Notes under the pieces: generated by a model
The model's input: the letters and a program-made list of their open reading frames with translations, nothing else
What the model was told of the DNA's origin: nothing
Database searches by the model: none
Position numbers and translations under genes: made by a program
Shown here: piece after piece, positions 40,431 to 50,065 of the stretch
How positions within the stretch are numbered: position 1 is the first letter of the stretch
Layout: each line of letters begins with the position of its first letter
NCBI GenBank assembly: GCA_030041455.1
Contig: JASHNV010000119.1
Span: 19,787-83,786, forward strand
Source of the DNA: Spirochaetia bacterium
GTDB lineage: Bacteria > Spirochaetota > Spirochaetia > DAHUYW01
Direction: 5' to 3'
Length of the DNA stretch: 64,000 bases

Positions 40431-41495
40431 TCAGTGGAGGTCCTGCGGCAGCAGCGGCTTCTCCTTGAAACTGAACGAGCTCCAAAGCTGGTTCATGGCC
40501 TGCGGCGTTATCGACTGCTGGTCTCCCACCATTTCCGGCTGGGGCGTGACGATCCCGAGCCCCGTGTTCACGAACTTCGGATATTTCAGATGGTTTTTCA
40601 CGATCTGATAGAGCACCTGGATACCCTGGTAACCCCAGCCGTAGTAGGTCTGCCCGACGAGCCCGATGACCGACCCGTTCGTGACGTATTGAATCTCGGG
40701 CGGAAGGGTGTCGAATGACACGACGGTAAGCGCCCCCGATTGAACCTTGCTCGTCATGACCGGAAGGTTGCTGGGATCCACGAGGAGCGACCACGGCCCG
40801 TCGAAGAAGAAACCGTTGATGCTCGGGTTGCCTCGGAGGGTATCTTCAACCGCCGTCACCGATTTCGCCAGGTCCTCGTAGCAGGGAACGGTGGTCACGA
40901 TCTTGTAGGGGATTTGCTGGTCGTCGAGCGCCTTCGTGAACCCTTGGTCGCGCTGCTGGAGATTGGAGGCGCCCGGCGTTCCCGTGAGAATCGCCACGTT
41001 CTGTTGACCCTTTCCTTGGACCGCCTTGGCGTAGAGCAGCCCCGCGGCGTACCCGCCCTTGAAGTTGTCGGATCCGACGTAGGCGTTTCGCTCGCTGTCC
41101 GGACAGTCCGAATCCCACATGACGACCGGGATGCCGGCCTTTATCGCCTCGTTCACCGCCCCGCACGCGGAGGGCCCGAGGCTGTCCACCAGAATGCCGT
41201 CGACGTGCTTTGCGATGAATCCTTCGATCATCTGGACCTCTTCGGCGGCGTCCGCGTTCGTGGGAGCCGTCCAGGTGATGCCCACGTCTCCGAGCTCCGC
41301 CGCGCGATCGTTCGCCCCCTTCTCCGCGACCTGAAAAGCCGGGTTGTTCAGGCTCTTCGCGACGACCGCGAAGTTCAGGAAGCCCGGTTTACTCGACGCC
41401 GCTTCGTTCTGCCCGCCCGCGAAGGCGGAGACTCCGAGGAGCGCGGAGAGGACCGGGACAAGCGCGAAACGAATGAACCATCTACAACTGCTCAT
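40431..41495 (-). CDS. Sugar ABC transporter periplasmic substrate-binding protein (CUT2/ribose-type)
   Basis: 354 aa from MSSCRWFIRFALVPVLSALLG (signal peptide). Periplasmic-binding-protein type I fold. The ORF-track extension to 42602 is an artefact. Confidence 0.85.
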   Translation of the reverse strand: MSSCRWFIRFALVPVLSALLGVSAFAGGQNEAASSKPGFLNFAVVAKSLNNPAFQVAEKGANDRAAELGDVGITWTAPTNADAAEEVQMIEGFIAKHVDGILVDSLGPSACGAVNEAIKAGIPVVMWDSDCPDSERNAYVGSDNFKGGYAAGLLYAKAVQGKGQQNVAILTGTPGASNLQQRDQGFTKALDDQQIPYKIVTTVPCYEDLAKSVTAVEDTLRGNPSINGFFFDGPWSLLVDPSNLPVMTSKVQSGALTVVSFDTLPPEIQYVTNGSVIGLVGQTYYGWGYQGIQVLYQIVKNHLKYPKFVNTGLGIVTPQPEMVGDQQSITPQAMNQLWSSFSFKEKPLLPQDLH

Positions 41496-41560
41496 ATAAC
41501 CTCCTAACAAACAGCTTTCAAGACTTTTTTGACGAAAACGGGCTCCGTCGCGCGAGGAGC

Positions 41561-42562
41561 TCACGCGAAGTTCTTCGCGCGGATGCGATCGATCGACACC
41601 GCGAGAATGATCACCGCGCCGATCACGAGCTGCTGAAGGTACTCGCCGACGCCGAGGAGCACGAGCCCGTTGTTGAGAACGCCGATGAGCGCCGCGCCCA
41701 AAACCGCGCTGAACGCCGAGCCCTGGCCTCCTTTCAAGCTCACGCCTCCGATGACCGCGGCGGCGATGACGTTCAGCTCGTAGCCGAGCCCGGCGGTCGA
41801 CTCCCCGACCCCGAGCCTCGCGACGAGGAGGAGGCCTCCGATCGCCCCCATGAGCCCCGCGATGACGTAGACGAGCACCTTGACCCGGTCGACCGGCAGC
41901 CCCGACAGTCGCGCGGCCTCCTCGTTGCCTCCGATGGAGTAGGCGTACCATCCGAGCCGCATCCTGCGGAGCACGAAAGTGAGCAGGATCCAGAAGACGA
42001 CCATGATCCAAACGGGCATCGGTATCCCGATGAAAAAGCCCTGTCCGAGCCACAACAGCGAAGGGCCGAACCCCTGCATCGGGAACCCCCCCGTCACGAT
42101 GTAGACGAAGCTTCGAAAGATACTCAACGTGCCGAGGGTCACGATGAAGGGCGCCAGCCCCCCCTTCGCTATCAAGAGACCGTTGAGGAGGCCCGAGACC
42201 GTGCCGACAAGCAGGGCGCCGACGACCGACGGGATGGTCCCGTAGCCGTGCGAGCTGAGGAACGCGGCGACCACCCCCGCGAGCCCCATGACGGAGCCGA
42301 CGGACAGGTCGATGCCTCCGACGATGATGACGAAACAGGCTCCCATGGCGGCGATCGCGATGAAGGAGAACGACCGGGCGGTGAAGATCAGGTTGTCGCG
42401 CGTGAGAAACTGGTTGTTCGCGAAGGTCAGGAGCACCATGAGCAAAACGACCGCGGCGAGCGTCCCCGCCTCGGAACTGCGATAGAACCGCTCGAAGGCG
42501 AGAAGCGCCGTTCTCCGGCGCGGAGCCCCGGGGACGGTCGCGTCGCGTCGCTCGTCGCTCAC
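41561..42562 (-). CDS. Sugar ABC transporter permease (RbsC/branched-type)
   Basis: 333 aa, about 10 TM helices. Ribose/xylose-type permease signature. Confidence 0.85.
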   Translation of the reverse strand: MSDERRDATVPGAPRRRTALLAFERFYRSSEAGTLAAVVLLMVLLTFANNQFLTRDNLIFTARSFSFIAIAAMGACFVIIVGGIDLSVGSVMGLAGVVAAFLSSHGYGTIPSVVGALLVGTVSGLLNGLLIAKGGLAPFIVTLGTLSIFRSFVYIVTGGFPMQGFGPSLLWLGQGFFIGIPMPVWIMVVFWILLTFVLRRMRLGWYAYSIGGNEEAARLSGLPVDRVKVLVYVIAGLMGAIGGLLLVARLGVGESTAGLGYELNVIAAAVIGGVSLKGGQGSAFSAVLGAALIGVLNNGLVLLGVGEYLQQLVIGAVIILAVSIDRIRAKNFA

Positions 42563-44100
42563 CGCGCGCCTCCTTCGAGCGCCGCCTTGCCCATGCTCGC
42601 AAGCCTCATGACCGTCTCGGGCGTCGCCTCTCGCCGGTCGAGCACGCCGACCAACCGCCCTTCCGACATGACGCCGACGCGGTCGCTCATGCCGAGAAGC
42701 TCGGGCAGCTCGGAGCTGATCATGACGATGGCGATCCCGGTGGAGGCGAGGCGGTCGATGAGCGCGTAGATCTCAGCCTTCGCTCCCACGTCGATTCCTC
42801 GCGTCGGCTCGTCGAGAATGAGGATTCGCGGGGACAGCATCAGCCATTTCGCGAGCACGACCTTCTGCTGGTTGCCTCCGCTCAGGAAGCGCACGTGCTG
42901 GGAGGCGGAGCGCAGCTGGACGTTGAGGTCGCGCACGTACGCGCCAACGCTCCGCTCGATCGCCTTCCGCCTGATCACTCCGCCGCGTGAGAAGCTCCTG
43001 AGCGAGGCAAGCACCATGTTCTGCCGGACCGCAAGATCGAGGATGAGGGCCTGGAGCTTCCGATCCTCGGGGACGAAGCCGACGCCGAGGGCGACCGCGT
43101 CTTCTGGCGACGCGATCCGAGCCTTCCTGCCGTTCAGGACGATGTCGCCGCGCTCCGCTCGGTCGGCGCCGAAAAGGAGCCGCGCGACCTCCGTCCTGCC
43201 CGAGCCCATGAGGCCGCCGAGGCCGAATACCTCGCCGCGGCGGACCGCGAAGCTCACCTCCCTCACCTTTCCCCCCGACAGCCCGTTCACCTGGAGCAGG
43301 TCCTTGTGCGGCGCGGAGGAGCGCTCGGGAAACAGCTGGCCGACGGGGCGGCCCACCATCCATTGAATGACCTCCTGGGGGCGAGTCTCTTTGGCGGGCC
43401 GGTCGGCGACGAGCTTGCCGTCGCGGAGGATCACGATTCGGTCGGCGATCTCGAAGGCTTCCTCGATCCGGTGCGTCGTGAGAATCACGCCCAACCCTCC
43501 GCTCCGCAGCCTCCTCATCAACTGAAAGAGAGACTCGACCTGGGCCGCCGAGAGGGAGGAGGTCGGCTCGTCCATGAGGATGATCTTCGACTCCGTCGAG
43601 ATCGCCCGCGCGATCTCGACGAGCTGTTGCTGGGCGGTGGACAACTCGGCGCATCGAGCCGACGGGGCAAGCGACGCGAGGCCGACCTCGCGAAGGAGGC
43701 CTTGCGCGTCGGCATTCATGCGCGCGATGTCGATCCAGCCCGACCACGCCGGCAGCCAGGTCGCGGGCGGCTCGCGCCCGAGAAAGATATTCTGGGCTAC
43801 GGTCCGGTTGGCGACGATATTGAGCTCCTGATGGATGATGTTGATGCCGAGCGCTTGCGCCTGTTTGGGGCCTCGGAGCTCGATCTCCCGGCCGAAAAAC
43901 TCGATCCTGCCGTCGTCCGGTCGATGAATCCCGGACAGGATCTTCATGAGCGTCGATTTCCCCGCGCCGTTCTCGCCGAGCAGCGCGAGAATCTCGCCCG
44001 GGCGGACCGAAAGGTCGACGCGGTCGAGAACGGTGACGCCCGAGTATTTCTTCGTGAGGTGATGCACGCTGAGTGCGGATAAAGCGTCAAGGTGCGCCAT
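42559..44100 (-). CDS. Sugar ABC transporter ATP-binding protein (duplicated ABC domains, RbsA/MglA-like)
   Basis: 513 aa. Two Walker A motifs (GENGAGKST and GLMGSGRT) and two LSGGNQQK-type signatures. ATGA overlap with the permease gene. Confidence 0.9.
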   Translation of the reverse strand: MAHLDALSALSVHHLTKKYSGVTVLDRVDLSVRPGEILALLGENGAGKSTLMKILSGIHRPDDGRIEFFGREIELRGPKQAQALGINIIHQELNIVANRTVAQNIFLGREPPATWLPAWSGWIDIARMNADAQGLLREVGLASLAPSARCAELSTAQQQLVEIARAISTESKIILMDEPTSSLSAAQVESLFQLMRRLRSGGLGVILTTHRIEEAFEIADRIVILRDGKLVADRPAKETRPQEVIQWMVGRPVGQLFPERSSAPHKDLLQVNGLSGGKVREVSFAVRRGEVFGLGGLMGSGRTEVARLLFGADRAERGDIVLNGRKARIASPEDAVALGVGFVPEDRKLQALILDLAVRQNMVLASLRSFSRGGVIRRKAIERSVGAYVRDLNVQLRSASQHVRFLSGGNQQKVVLAKWLMLSPRILILDEPTRGIDVGAKAEIYALIDRLASTGIAIVMISSELPELLGMSDRVGVMSEGRLVGVLDRREATPETVMRLASMGKAALEGGAR

Positions 44101-44226
44101 ACGAAACGTTCTGCCCTCTTCGAACTCGGGAGGTGCGATGACCGGAAGGTGCCGGATCTCTGGGTCGGTAGCACCCGTTACATTTCAGAACAGTACACCC
44201 GGTCTACGACTCCTGTCAACCAAAAA

Positions 44227-44418
44227 TTGTAACGACTTTCATAAGTTCCGCAGGTCTTAGTCGGACCATTCGAAGGATTCATCCAATTCGATTTTTTAGA
44301 ACCGCGTAACGAGCGCAAGATGTGCGTTTTCCGCTTGCAAAGGTTCTCTCTCTCATTGTATACTTCCCGAGGCGGATGTAACACATGCTGTAACGATCGT
44401 GGAAGCCGTAACATCTCG
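44227..44418. promoter_or_regulatory. Cluster of GTAAC(G/A) repeats: candidate LacI-family operator half-sites in the lacI / ABC-transporter divergent region
   Basis: Seen in sequence: TTGTAACGAC, GCGTAACGAG and TGTAACACATGCTGTAACGATCG, CCGTAACATCTCGTACA. One more copy lies in reverse orientation at about 44176 (CCGTTACA). The region is markedly AT-richer than the flanks. Confidence 0.35.
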
Positions 44419-44463
44419 TACATCGCGAGCGGATCGGGGACGCGCTCGGAAGGAGTTTGAACT

Positions 44464-45492
44464 GTGCCGGTGACGATCAGGGACATCGCAAGGTTTTCGC
44501 GGGTCTCCACGGCGACCGTTTCGCGGGTGATCAACAACTCGCCCAACGTGACCGAGCAAACCCGCAAGGCCGTTCAAAGGGCGCTGCGGGAGCTCGACTA
44601 TCGGCCGCCGGTCATCGCGAGGGCGCTGACTCGGCAGAGCTTGAAGACGATCGGCCTCATGATCCCGGAGATCGCAAACCTCTACTACCCGGTCGTCATA
44701 AAGGCCATCGAAGACGAGCTGTCGAAGCTGAACTTCAACATCCTGCTCTGCATCAGCGAGGAGAGCGTCGCGAAGGAGCGACGATACATCGATAACCTGC
44801 TCACGAAGGGCGTGGACGGGATGATCTTCCTCGGCACCCGTCCGGCCCTGACCCGCGACGAGCACATCGTACGACTCAGCGACAAGATCCCCGTGCTCCT
44901 CGTGAACGATTACATCCTCGGGTCGAACGTCCATTCCGTCATGGCGGACGAGGTGGAGGGCTCCTACAAGGCTACCTGTTACCTGATCGGCCTCGGCCAC
45001 CGCCGAATCGGCTTCGTGACCGGAAATGTCGACTTTACGACCTACAAATATAAACGGACGGGTTTCGAGCGCGCGATGGCCGACAACCGAATCGAGGTCG
45101 AGGAGCGCTTCGTCGTCGAAGAGGACCCGCACGAGCGGGGCGGCTACCGGGCCGGCATTCGGCTCCTCGACCTGCCGGAGCGGCCGACGGCGCTGTTTAC
45201 GGTGAGCGATCAGGTCGCGATCGGTATCATGCAGGCCTACTACGAGCGCGGGCTGTCCATTCCTACGGACCTCTCGCTCGTGGGCTTCGGCGACATGCCG
45301 ATCGCCGCGGCTCTCCATCCGCCCCTGACGACGGTCAATCAATTTCCCGAACGGACGGGGCAGATCGCCGCCCAGACCATTATCAAGATGATCAGGAACG
45401 AAGAGCTCGAGCAAAAACGGATCATTCTCGATCCCCAGCTTACGATTCGGCGGTCGTGCGCGCCGATCGGCGAGACCGGGAAAGGCGAGTAA
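44464..45492 (+). CDS. LacI-family transcriptional regulator
   Basis: 342 aa. GTG start. N-terminal HTH (VTIRDIARFSRVSTATVSRVINN) and periplasmic-binding-like effector domain. Confidence 0.9.
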   Translation: MPVTIRDIARFSRVSTATVSRVINNSPNVTEQTRKAVQRALRELDYRPPVIARALTRQSLKTIGLMIPEIANLYYPVVIKAIEDELSKLNFNILLCISEESVAKERRYIDNLLTKGVDGMIFLGTRPALTRDEHIVRLSDKIPVLLVNDYILGSNVHSVMADEVEGSYKATCYLIGLGHRRIGFVTGNVDFTTYKYKRTGFERAMADNRIEVEERFVVEEDPHERGGYRAGIRLLDLPERPTALFTVSDQVAIGIMQAYYERGLSIPTDLSLVGFGDMPIAAALHPPLTTVNQFPERTGQIAAQTIIKMIRNEELEQKRIILDPQLTIRRSCAPIGETGKGE

Positions 45493-45599
45493 GCGGGCAG
45501 GCGCGGGGCTCTTCGGAGCGGCGCGGGACGAGCGCGCGAGGCGATTTCGATTCGAAAAAACCCCGTTCGGAAGGTGTCGAACAGGTTGGAGGTACACAG

Positions 45600-46394
45600 A
45601 TGAACTTGGAGCTCGACGGGAAGGTCGCCCTCGTTACCGGAGGCAGCATCGGAATCGGCTACGCCGTCGCGGAAGCGCTCGCGGCGGAAGGCGCCATGGT
45701 GGCGATCTGCGCGCGCGACGAGCGGAGGCTCGAGGAGGCCGTCGGCAAGATTCAGGGCGCGGCGAAACGAAAGGTCATCGGCATCCGCGCCGACGTGACG
45801 CGAGCCGACGATCTTCGGGAGCTCGTCGCGCGCACGGAGCAGGCCTTTCACGGAATCGATATCCTCGTCAACAACGCCGGCACGGGGTCGGCGGAAAAGA
45901 TCGAGGACGCTTCCGACGAGAAGTGGTATCGGTACTGGGACCTGCACGTCATGGCGGCGGTGAGGCTCGCGCGCCTGTGCGCCCCTGTGATGAGAGCCCG
46001 AGGGGGCGGGGTCATCGTGAACACCGCCTCCATTTGCGCGAAGCAGCCGCTCGACTACGAGCCCATCTACAACGTGACGAAGGCGGCGCTCGTCATGCTT
46101 TCCAAATGCATGGCGAACGAGCTCATCGCCCACAACATCCGGGTCAATACGGTCAGCCCCGGGCTGATCCGCACGCCGGACTGGGACAAGACCGCCGCCA
46201 TCGTGGCGAAGCAGAAGGGCATATCGAGCGACGCCTACCTCGAGGGCATCGCCAAGGAGAACGCGCCGATCGGACGCTTCGCGACCCCGGCCGAGCTCGC
46301 GAAGCTCTACTGCTTCCTCTGCTCGCCCCTCGCAAGCTACTGCGTCGGCTCCAACTACTACGTCGACGGCGGTTGGCTGAAGGTCGCCGAGTAG
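45600..46394 (+). CDS. SDR-family oxidoreductase
   Basis: 264 aa. TGGSIGIG cofactor motif, NNAG, and catalytic YxxxK (YNVTK). Confidence 0.85.
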   Translation: MNLELDGKVALVTGGSIGIGYAVAEALAAEGAMVAICARDERRLEEAVGKIQGAAKRKVIGIRADVTRADDLRELVARTEQAFHGIDILVNNAGTGSAEKIEDASDEKWYRYWDLHVMAAVRLARLCAPVMRARGGGVIVNTASICAKQPLDYEPIYNVTKAALVMLSKCMANELIAHNIRVNTVSPGLIRTPDWDKTAAIVAKQKGISSDAYLEGIAKENAPIGRFATPAELAKLYCFLCSPLASYCVGSNYYVDGGWLKVAE

Positions 46395-46438
46395 CCGGTC
46401 CGCGGCAGCCCGCCCCGGAGGCTCAGGAGGAACGGAAC

Positions 46439-47245
46439 ATGTACGTCAGGAAGAATCTGCTCAAGGAGAAGGTCAAGAACGGCCGTCTCGTTATCGGCCT
46501 TGAGATCTGGCTCCGGAATCCGCGGGTGATCGAGATCGCCGGACAGGCGGGTTTCGACTTCGCCCATATCGAGAACGAGCACGTCGCCCATGATTGGGAG
46601 ACGGTGGAGAGCCTCGTCCGCGCGGCGGAGCTCGCCGGCCTGACGCCGCTCTTCAGAACCGAGCAATGCATCGCCGGCCAGCCGCCGGTCAACCAGATCG
46701 TCAAGGCGCTCAAATGCGGCGCGCAGATCATCATGGTGCCCCACGTCGATACTCCCGAGGCGGCGCGCAAGATCGTCGAAGCCGCGAAGTTTCCCCCGAA
46801 CGGCAAGCGCGGCTTCGTCACCTACGATCGCAGCGCGACGGAGTTCTTCCCGAACGAAACCGCTCCCCTCGACCTCCAGCGGTTCATCCGGGAAGCGAAC
46901 GAGGAGACGATGCTGTGGGTCCTGATCGAGTCGCCTGAGGGCGTCAAGAACGTCGACGCCATCCTCGACGTCGACGGAATCGACGCCGTCGGGTTCGGCT
47001 ACCAAGACTACGCGATCGCGATAGGGCTCTCGACCTTCTCGGGCGCCGAGCTCGAGCGGGCGCGGGAGAGGGTCAGGGAGGCGGCGGAGCGAAAGGGAAA
47101 ACCGATGTGGCGGTATACCCTCGATCCGAAATCGGTCGAGGAGGAGAGGAGAAAGGGAGCCCGGATTTTCGTGATGGGCGGCGACATCATTCACCTGAAC
47201 TCCCTGCTTCGCTCGATGAACAGGGAGATCAGGGGGCTCGGGTGA
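46439..47245 (+). CDS. HpcH/HpaI-family aldolase (2-keto-3-deoxy-acid aldolase)
   Basis: 268 aa. TIM-barrel class II aldolase pattern (GLEIWLRNPRVIEIAGQAGFDFAHIENEH ... MVPHVDT). Confidence 0.75.
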   Translation: MYVRKNLLKEKVKNGRLVIGLEIWLRNPRVIEIAGQAGFDFAHIENEHVAHDWETVESLVRAAELAGLTPLFRTEQCIAGQPPVNQIVKALKCGAQIIMVPHVDTPEAARKIVEAAKFPPNGKRGFVTYDRSATEFFPNETAPLDLQRFIREANEETMLWVLIESPEGVKNVDAILDVDGIDAVGFGYQDYAIAIGLSTFSGAELERARERVREAAERKGKPMWRYTLDPKSVEEERRKGARIFVMGGDIIHLNSLLRSMNREIRGLG

Positions 47246-47334
47246 GCCCGCCGGGGTCGGTCGAGGGCAGCCGATCCGCCGCGGGGCCGACGGCGTTCTC
47301 GCGCGGTACCGAGTCCGAGAGGAGGACCGTAAGG

Positions 47335-48213
47335 ATGATTTTCGCGCGAGGTCTTCGGGAGCCCGAGACTCCCCGGCTGCTCCCCGACGGAGACTGGCTC
47401 GTCGTCGAGATGACCCGACCCGGGAGCATTACACGGGTCAGTCGGGACGGGAGGACCGTGCGCCGCCTCGCGACCGTGGATCGGCCGAACGGCCTTGCCG
47501 TCGGCTCACACGGCGTTCTCTGGGTCGCGGCGACCCATCCCGAGCCCGCCCTCCTCAGGGTGACCTCCGACGGCCGCGTGGACACGTTTCTCACCGCCGC
47601 CTGCGGCCGGCCGCTTCTCCTCCCGAACGATCTCTGCTTTGCTCCGAGCGGCAAGCTCTTTCTCACCGACTCCGGCATCTCCTATCGCGAATGGGAATCG
47701 ATCTGGGCGCAGCGCCCCGACTACGCGGACGCGCCGGTGGACGGGTGCGTCTTCGAGATCGACGTGGACACCGGCGAGGCGTCGCTCGTCGACCGCGGAA
47801 TGAGGTTCGCGAACGGAATCGCCGTCGGTTCGGACGGCAATCTCTACGCGAACGAGACGATCACCGGCTTCCTGTTCGGCTACGCCCTCGAGCCGGGCGG
47901 GGCGGTCGGCCCGCGAAGAATTGCCGGCAACTTCCTCGATCCCGATTGGCGGGGAGCGGGATTTCGAGGCCCCGACGGCATGGCCTTCGGCGAGGACGGC
48001 AGCTGTTACTGCGCGATCCTCGGCGAGGGAGGCGTCGCCGTGACGAACGCCGCGGGAGACCGCGTGGGATGGATCAAGACGGAGGGGAGATTCCCCACGA
48101 ACGTCAGCTTCGGTCCGAACGGCGAGAACGTCATCTACGTGACCGAGAAGGAGCGCGGGACCATCGAATGCTTTTCCGTCGAGACCGGCGGCGCCGCGGT
48201 GTATAGGGGCTAA
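47335..48213 (+). CDS. SMP-30/gluconolactonase/LRE-family protein (sugar lactonase-like)
   Basis: 292 aa. Six-bladed beta-propeller sequence pattern (PNGLAV, FANGIAV, PDGMAF). RBS AGGAGG precedes the ATG. Confidence 0.7.
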   Translation: MIFARGLREPETPRLLPDGDWLVVEMTRPGSITRVSRDGRTVRRLATVDRPNGLAVGSHGVLWVAATHPEPALLRVTSDGRVDTFLTAACGRPLLLPNDLCFAPSGKLFLTDSGISYREWESIWAQRPDYADAPVDGCVFEIDVDTGEASLVDRGMRFANGIAVGSDGNLYANETITGFLFGYALEPGGAVGPRRIAGNFLDPDWRGAGFRGPDGMAFGEDGSCYCAILGEGGVAVTNAAGDRVGWIKTEGRFPTNVSFGPNGENVIYVTEKERGTIECFSVETGGAAVYRG

Positions 48214-48400
48214 AGCGCCGCCCGGTCCGCTTGCCCGCATCCTGAGTCTCGATCCGATTTCGCGAGGCGGTCTCGCCCCGCTGCCGGGCGAGCGGCGCGG
48301 CACGGGCGATCCGGCCGGGGTCCCACCTCCCACCTTGCGCGTCGTTTCGGAAAATTGGTACGCTTTTCCCTCGCACACGGCGGGACGATCAGGAGACGGC

Positions 48401-50065
48401 ATGCAGGAAATCACGGTAAGGCTCCCGAGCGGAAAGACGCTCGCGGTTCCCTACGGGACGCGAGTGAGCGAGCTCCTCGGGGAGAAAGAGTTCGCCGATA
48501 CTCCCTTTCCGATCGTCGCCGCCCTCGTGAACAACGAGCCGACGAGCCTCTCGTTCAAGATCGAGGTGAACTCGGAGCTCAAGCCGGTGACCGTCGAGAC
48601 CGATCAGGGCGCGAGGATCTACCGGCGCTCGCTCTGCTTCCTCCTCACGATCGCCGTCAGGCAGCTCTTCCCCGACCGGCGTCTCGTGATCGGCCACTCT
48701 CTCGGCGACAGCTATTTCTACCACTTCGACGACGGCAGCCGGTCGGTCGACCGGGCCGACCTCGATCGGATCGCCTCGCGCATGCGGGAGATCGTTCGGC
48801 AGGATCTGCCGATCTGTCGAGGCGTGGTCTCCTACCCGGAGGCCGTCGACTATTTCCGCCGCGAGGGGCTTCAGGCGACCGAGCTCCTCCTGCGCTACCG
48901 AAACGACAGCAAGATCGCGGTCTACGAGTGCGGCGGGCTCACCGACCTCTCGCACGGCCCCCTCGCGCCTTCCACCGGGCTCCTCTCGGTGTTCTCAGTC
49001 GAGCCCTACCCTCCCGGATTTCTCCTCCGCTACCCGGCGCAGCGCGAGCCCCTCGCGCTTTCGGCCTTCGAGGACAATCCGGTTCTCTTCGCGGTCTACC
49101 AGGAGTACAAGACGTGGGGGAAGATCCTGAACGTCCACTGCGTCGGCAACCTGAACGAGCTGGGCTCCCGGAAGGGAGCCCAGGAGTTCATCCGTATCGC
49201 CGAGGCGCTCCACGACAAGAAGATCGCCGAGATCGCCGACCAGATCCAGGAACGGCGAGCCGAGGTGAAAGCGGTCCTCATCGCCGGCCCCTCCTCGTCG
49301 GGCAAGACGACCTTCGCGAAGAAGCTCGCGATCCAGCTGCGGGTGAACGGCTTCGATCCGGTTCCCATATCCCTCGACGACTACTTTCTCAGCCGCGAGC
49401 GCACGCCCCGCGACGCGAGCGGCGAGTACGACTTCGAGGCGCTTGAGGCGATCGACATCGAGCTGCTCAATCGGCACCTGCTCGAGCTATTTCGCGGCGA
49501 GACCGTGGAGGTTCCCGATTTCGACTTCAAACGAGGCGACCGGCGGTCCCGCGGGAGGACGCTGAGGTTGCCCGACCGCGGAATCCTCGTGATCGAGGGC
49601 ATTCACGGCCTGAACGACCGGCTCACGCCGCTCGTGACCCGAAGCCAGAAGCACACCGTGTACGTGTCGGCGCTGACCCAGCTCAACCTCGACGACCACC
49701 ACCGGGTCTCCACGACCGACAATCGCCTCATTCGGAGAATCGTGCGGGACTACAACTTCCGCGGCTACGACGCGCTCACCACGCTCGCCCGGTGGCCCTC
49801 GGTGCGAAGGGGCGAGGACCGCAACATTTTTCCGTTCCAAAACAACGCGGATTCCGCGTTCAACTCGGCGCTCGACTACGAGCTCGCGGTCCTGAAGACC
49901 TACGCCGAGCCGCTCCTTCGCACCGTGAAGCCGGTTCACGCCGAGTATCCCGAAGCGGTTCACCTCCTCGCCTTTCTCGCCAACTTCGCGCCGATCCCCG
50001 CCACCTATGTGCCCGACGACTCGATCCTCCGGGAGTTCATCGGCAACTCCGCCTTCAAGTACTGA
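48401..50065 (+). CDS. udk: Uridine/cytidine kinase-family nucleoside kinase with N-terminal TGS (ThrRS-like) domain
   Basis: About 554 aa from MQEITVRLPSGK (alternative upstream start at 48335). TGS-like N-terminus. P-loop (AGPSSSGKTT) and uridine-kinase core. Confidence 0.75.
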   Translation: MQEITVRLPSGKTLAVPYGTRVSELLGEKEFADTPFPIVAALVNNEPTSLSFKIEVNSELKPVTVETDQGARIYRRSLCFLLTIAVRQLFPDRRLVIGHSLGDSYFYHFDDGSRSVDRADLDRIASRMREIVRQDLPICRGVVSYPEAVDYFRREGLQATELLLRYRNDSKIAVYECGGLTDLSHGPLAPSTGLLSVFSVEPYPPGFLLRYPAQREPLALSAFEDNPVLFAVYQEYKTWGKILNVHCVGNLNELGSRKGAQEFIRIAEALHDKKIAEIADQIQERRAEVKAVLIAGPSSSGKTTFAKKLAIQLRVNGFDPVPISLDDYFLSRERTPRDASGEYDFEALEAIDIELLNRHLLELFRGETVEVPDFDFKRGDRRSRGRTLRLPDRGILVIEGIHGLNDRLTPLVTRSQKHTVYVSALTQLNLDDHHRVSTTDNRLIRRIVRDYNFRGYDALTTLARWPSVRRGEDRNIFPFQNNADSAFNSALDYELAVLKTYAEPLLRTVKPVHAEYPEAVHLLAFLANFAPIPATYVPDDSILREFIGNSAFKY

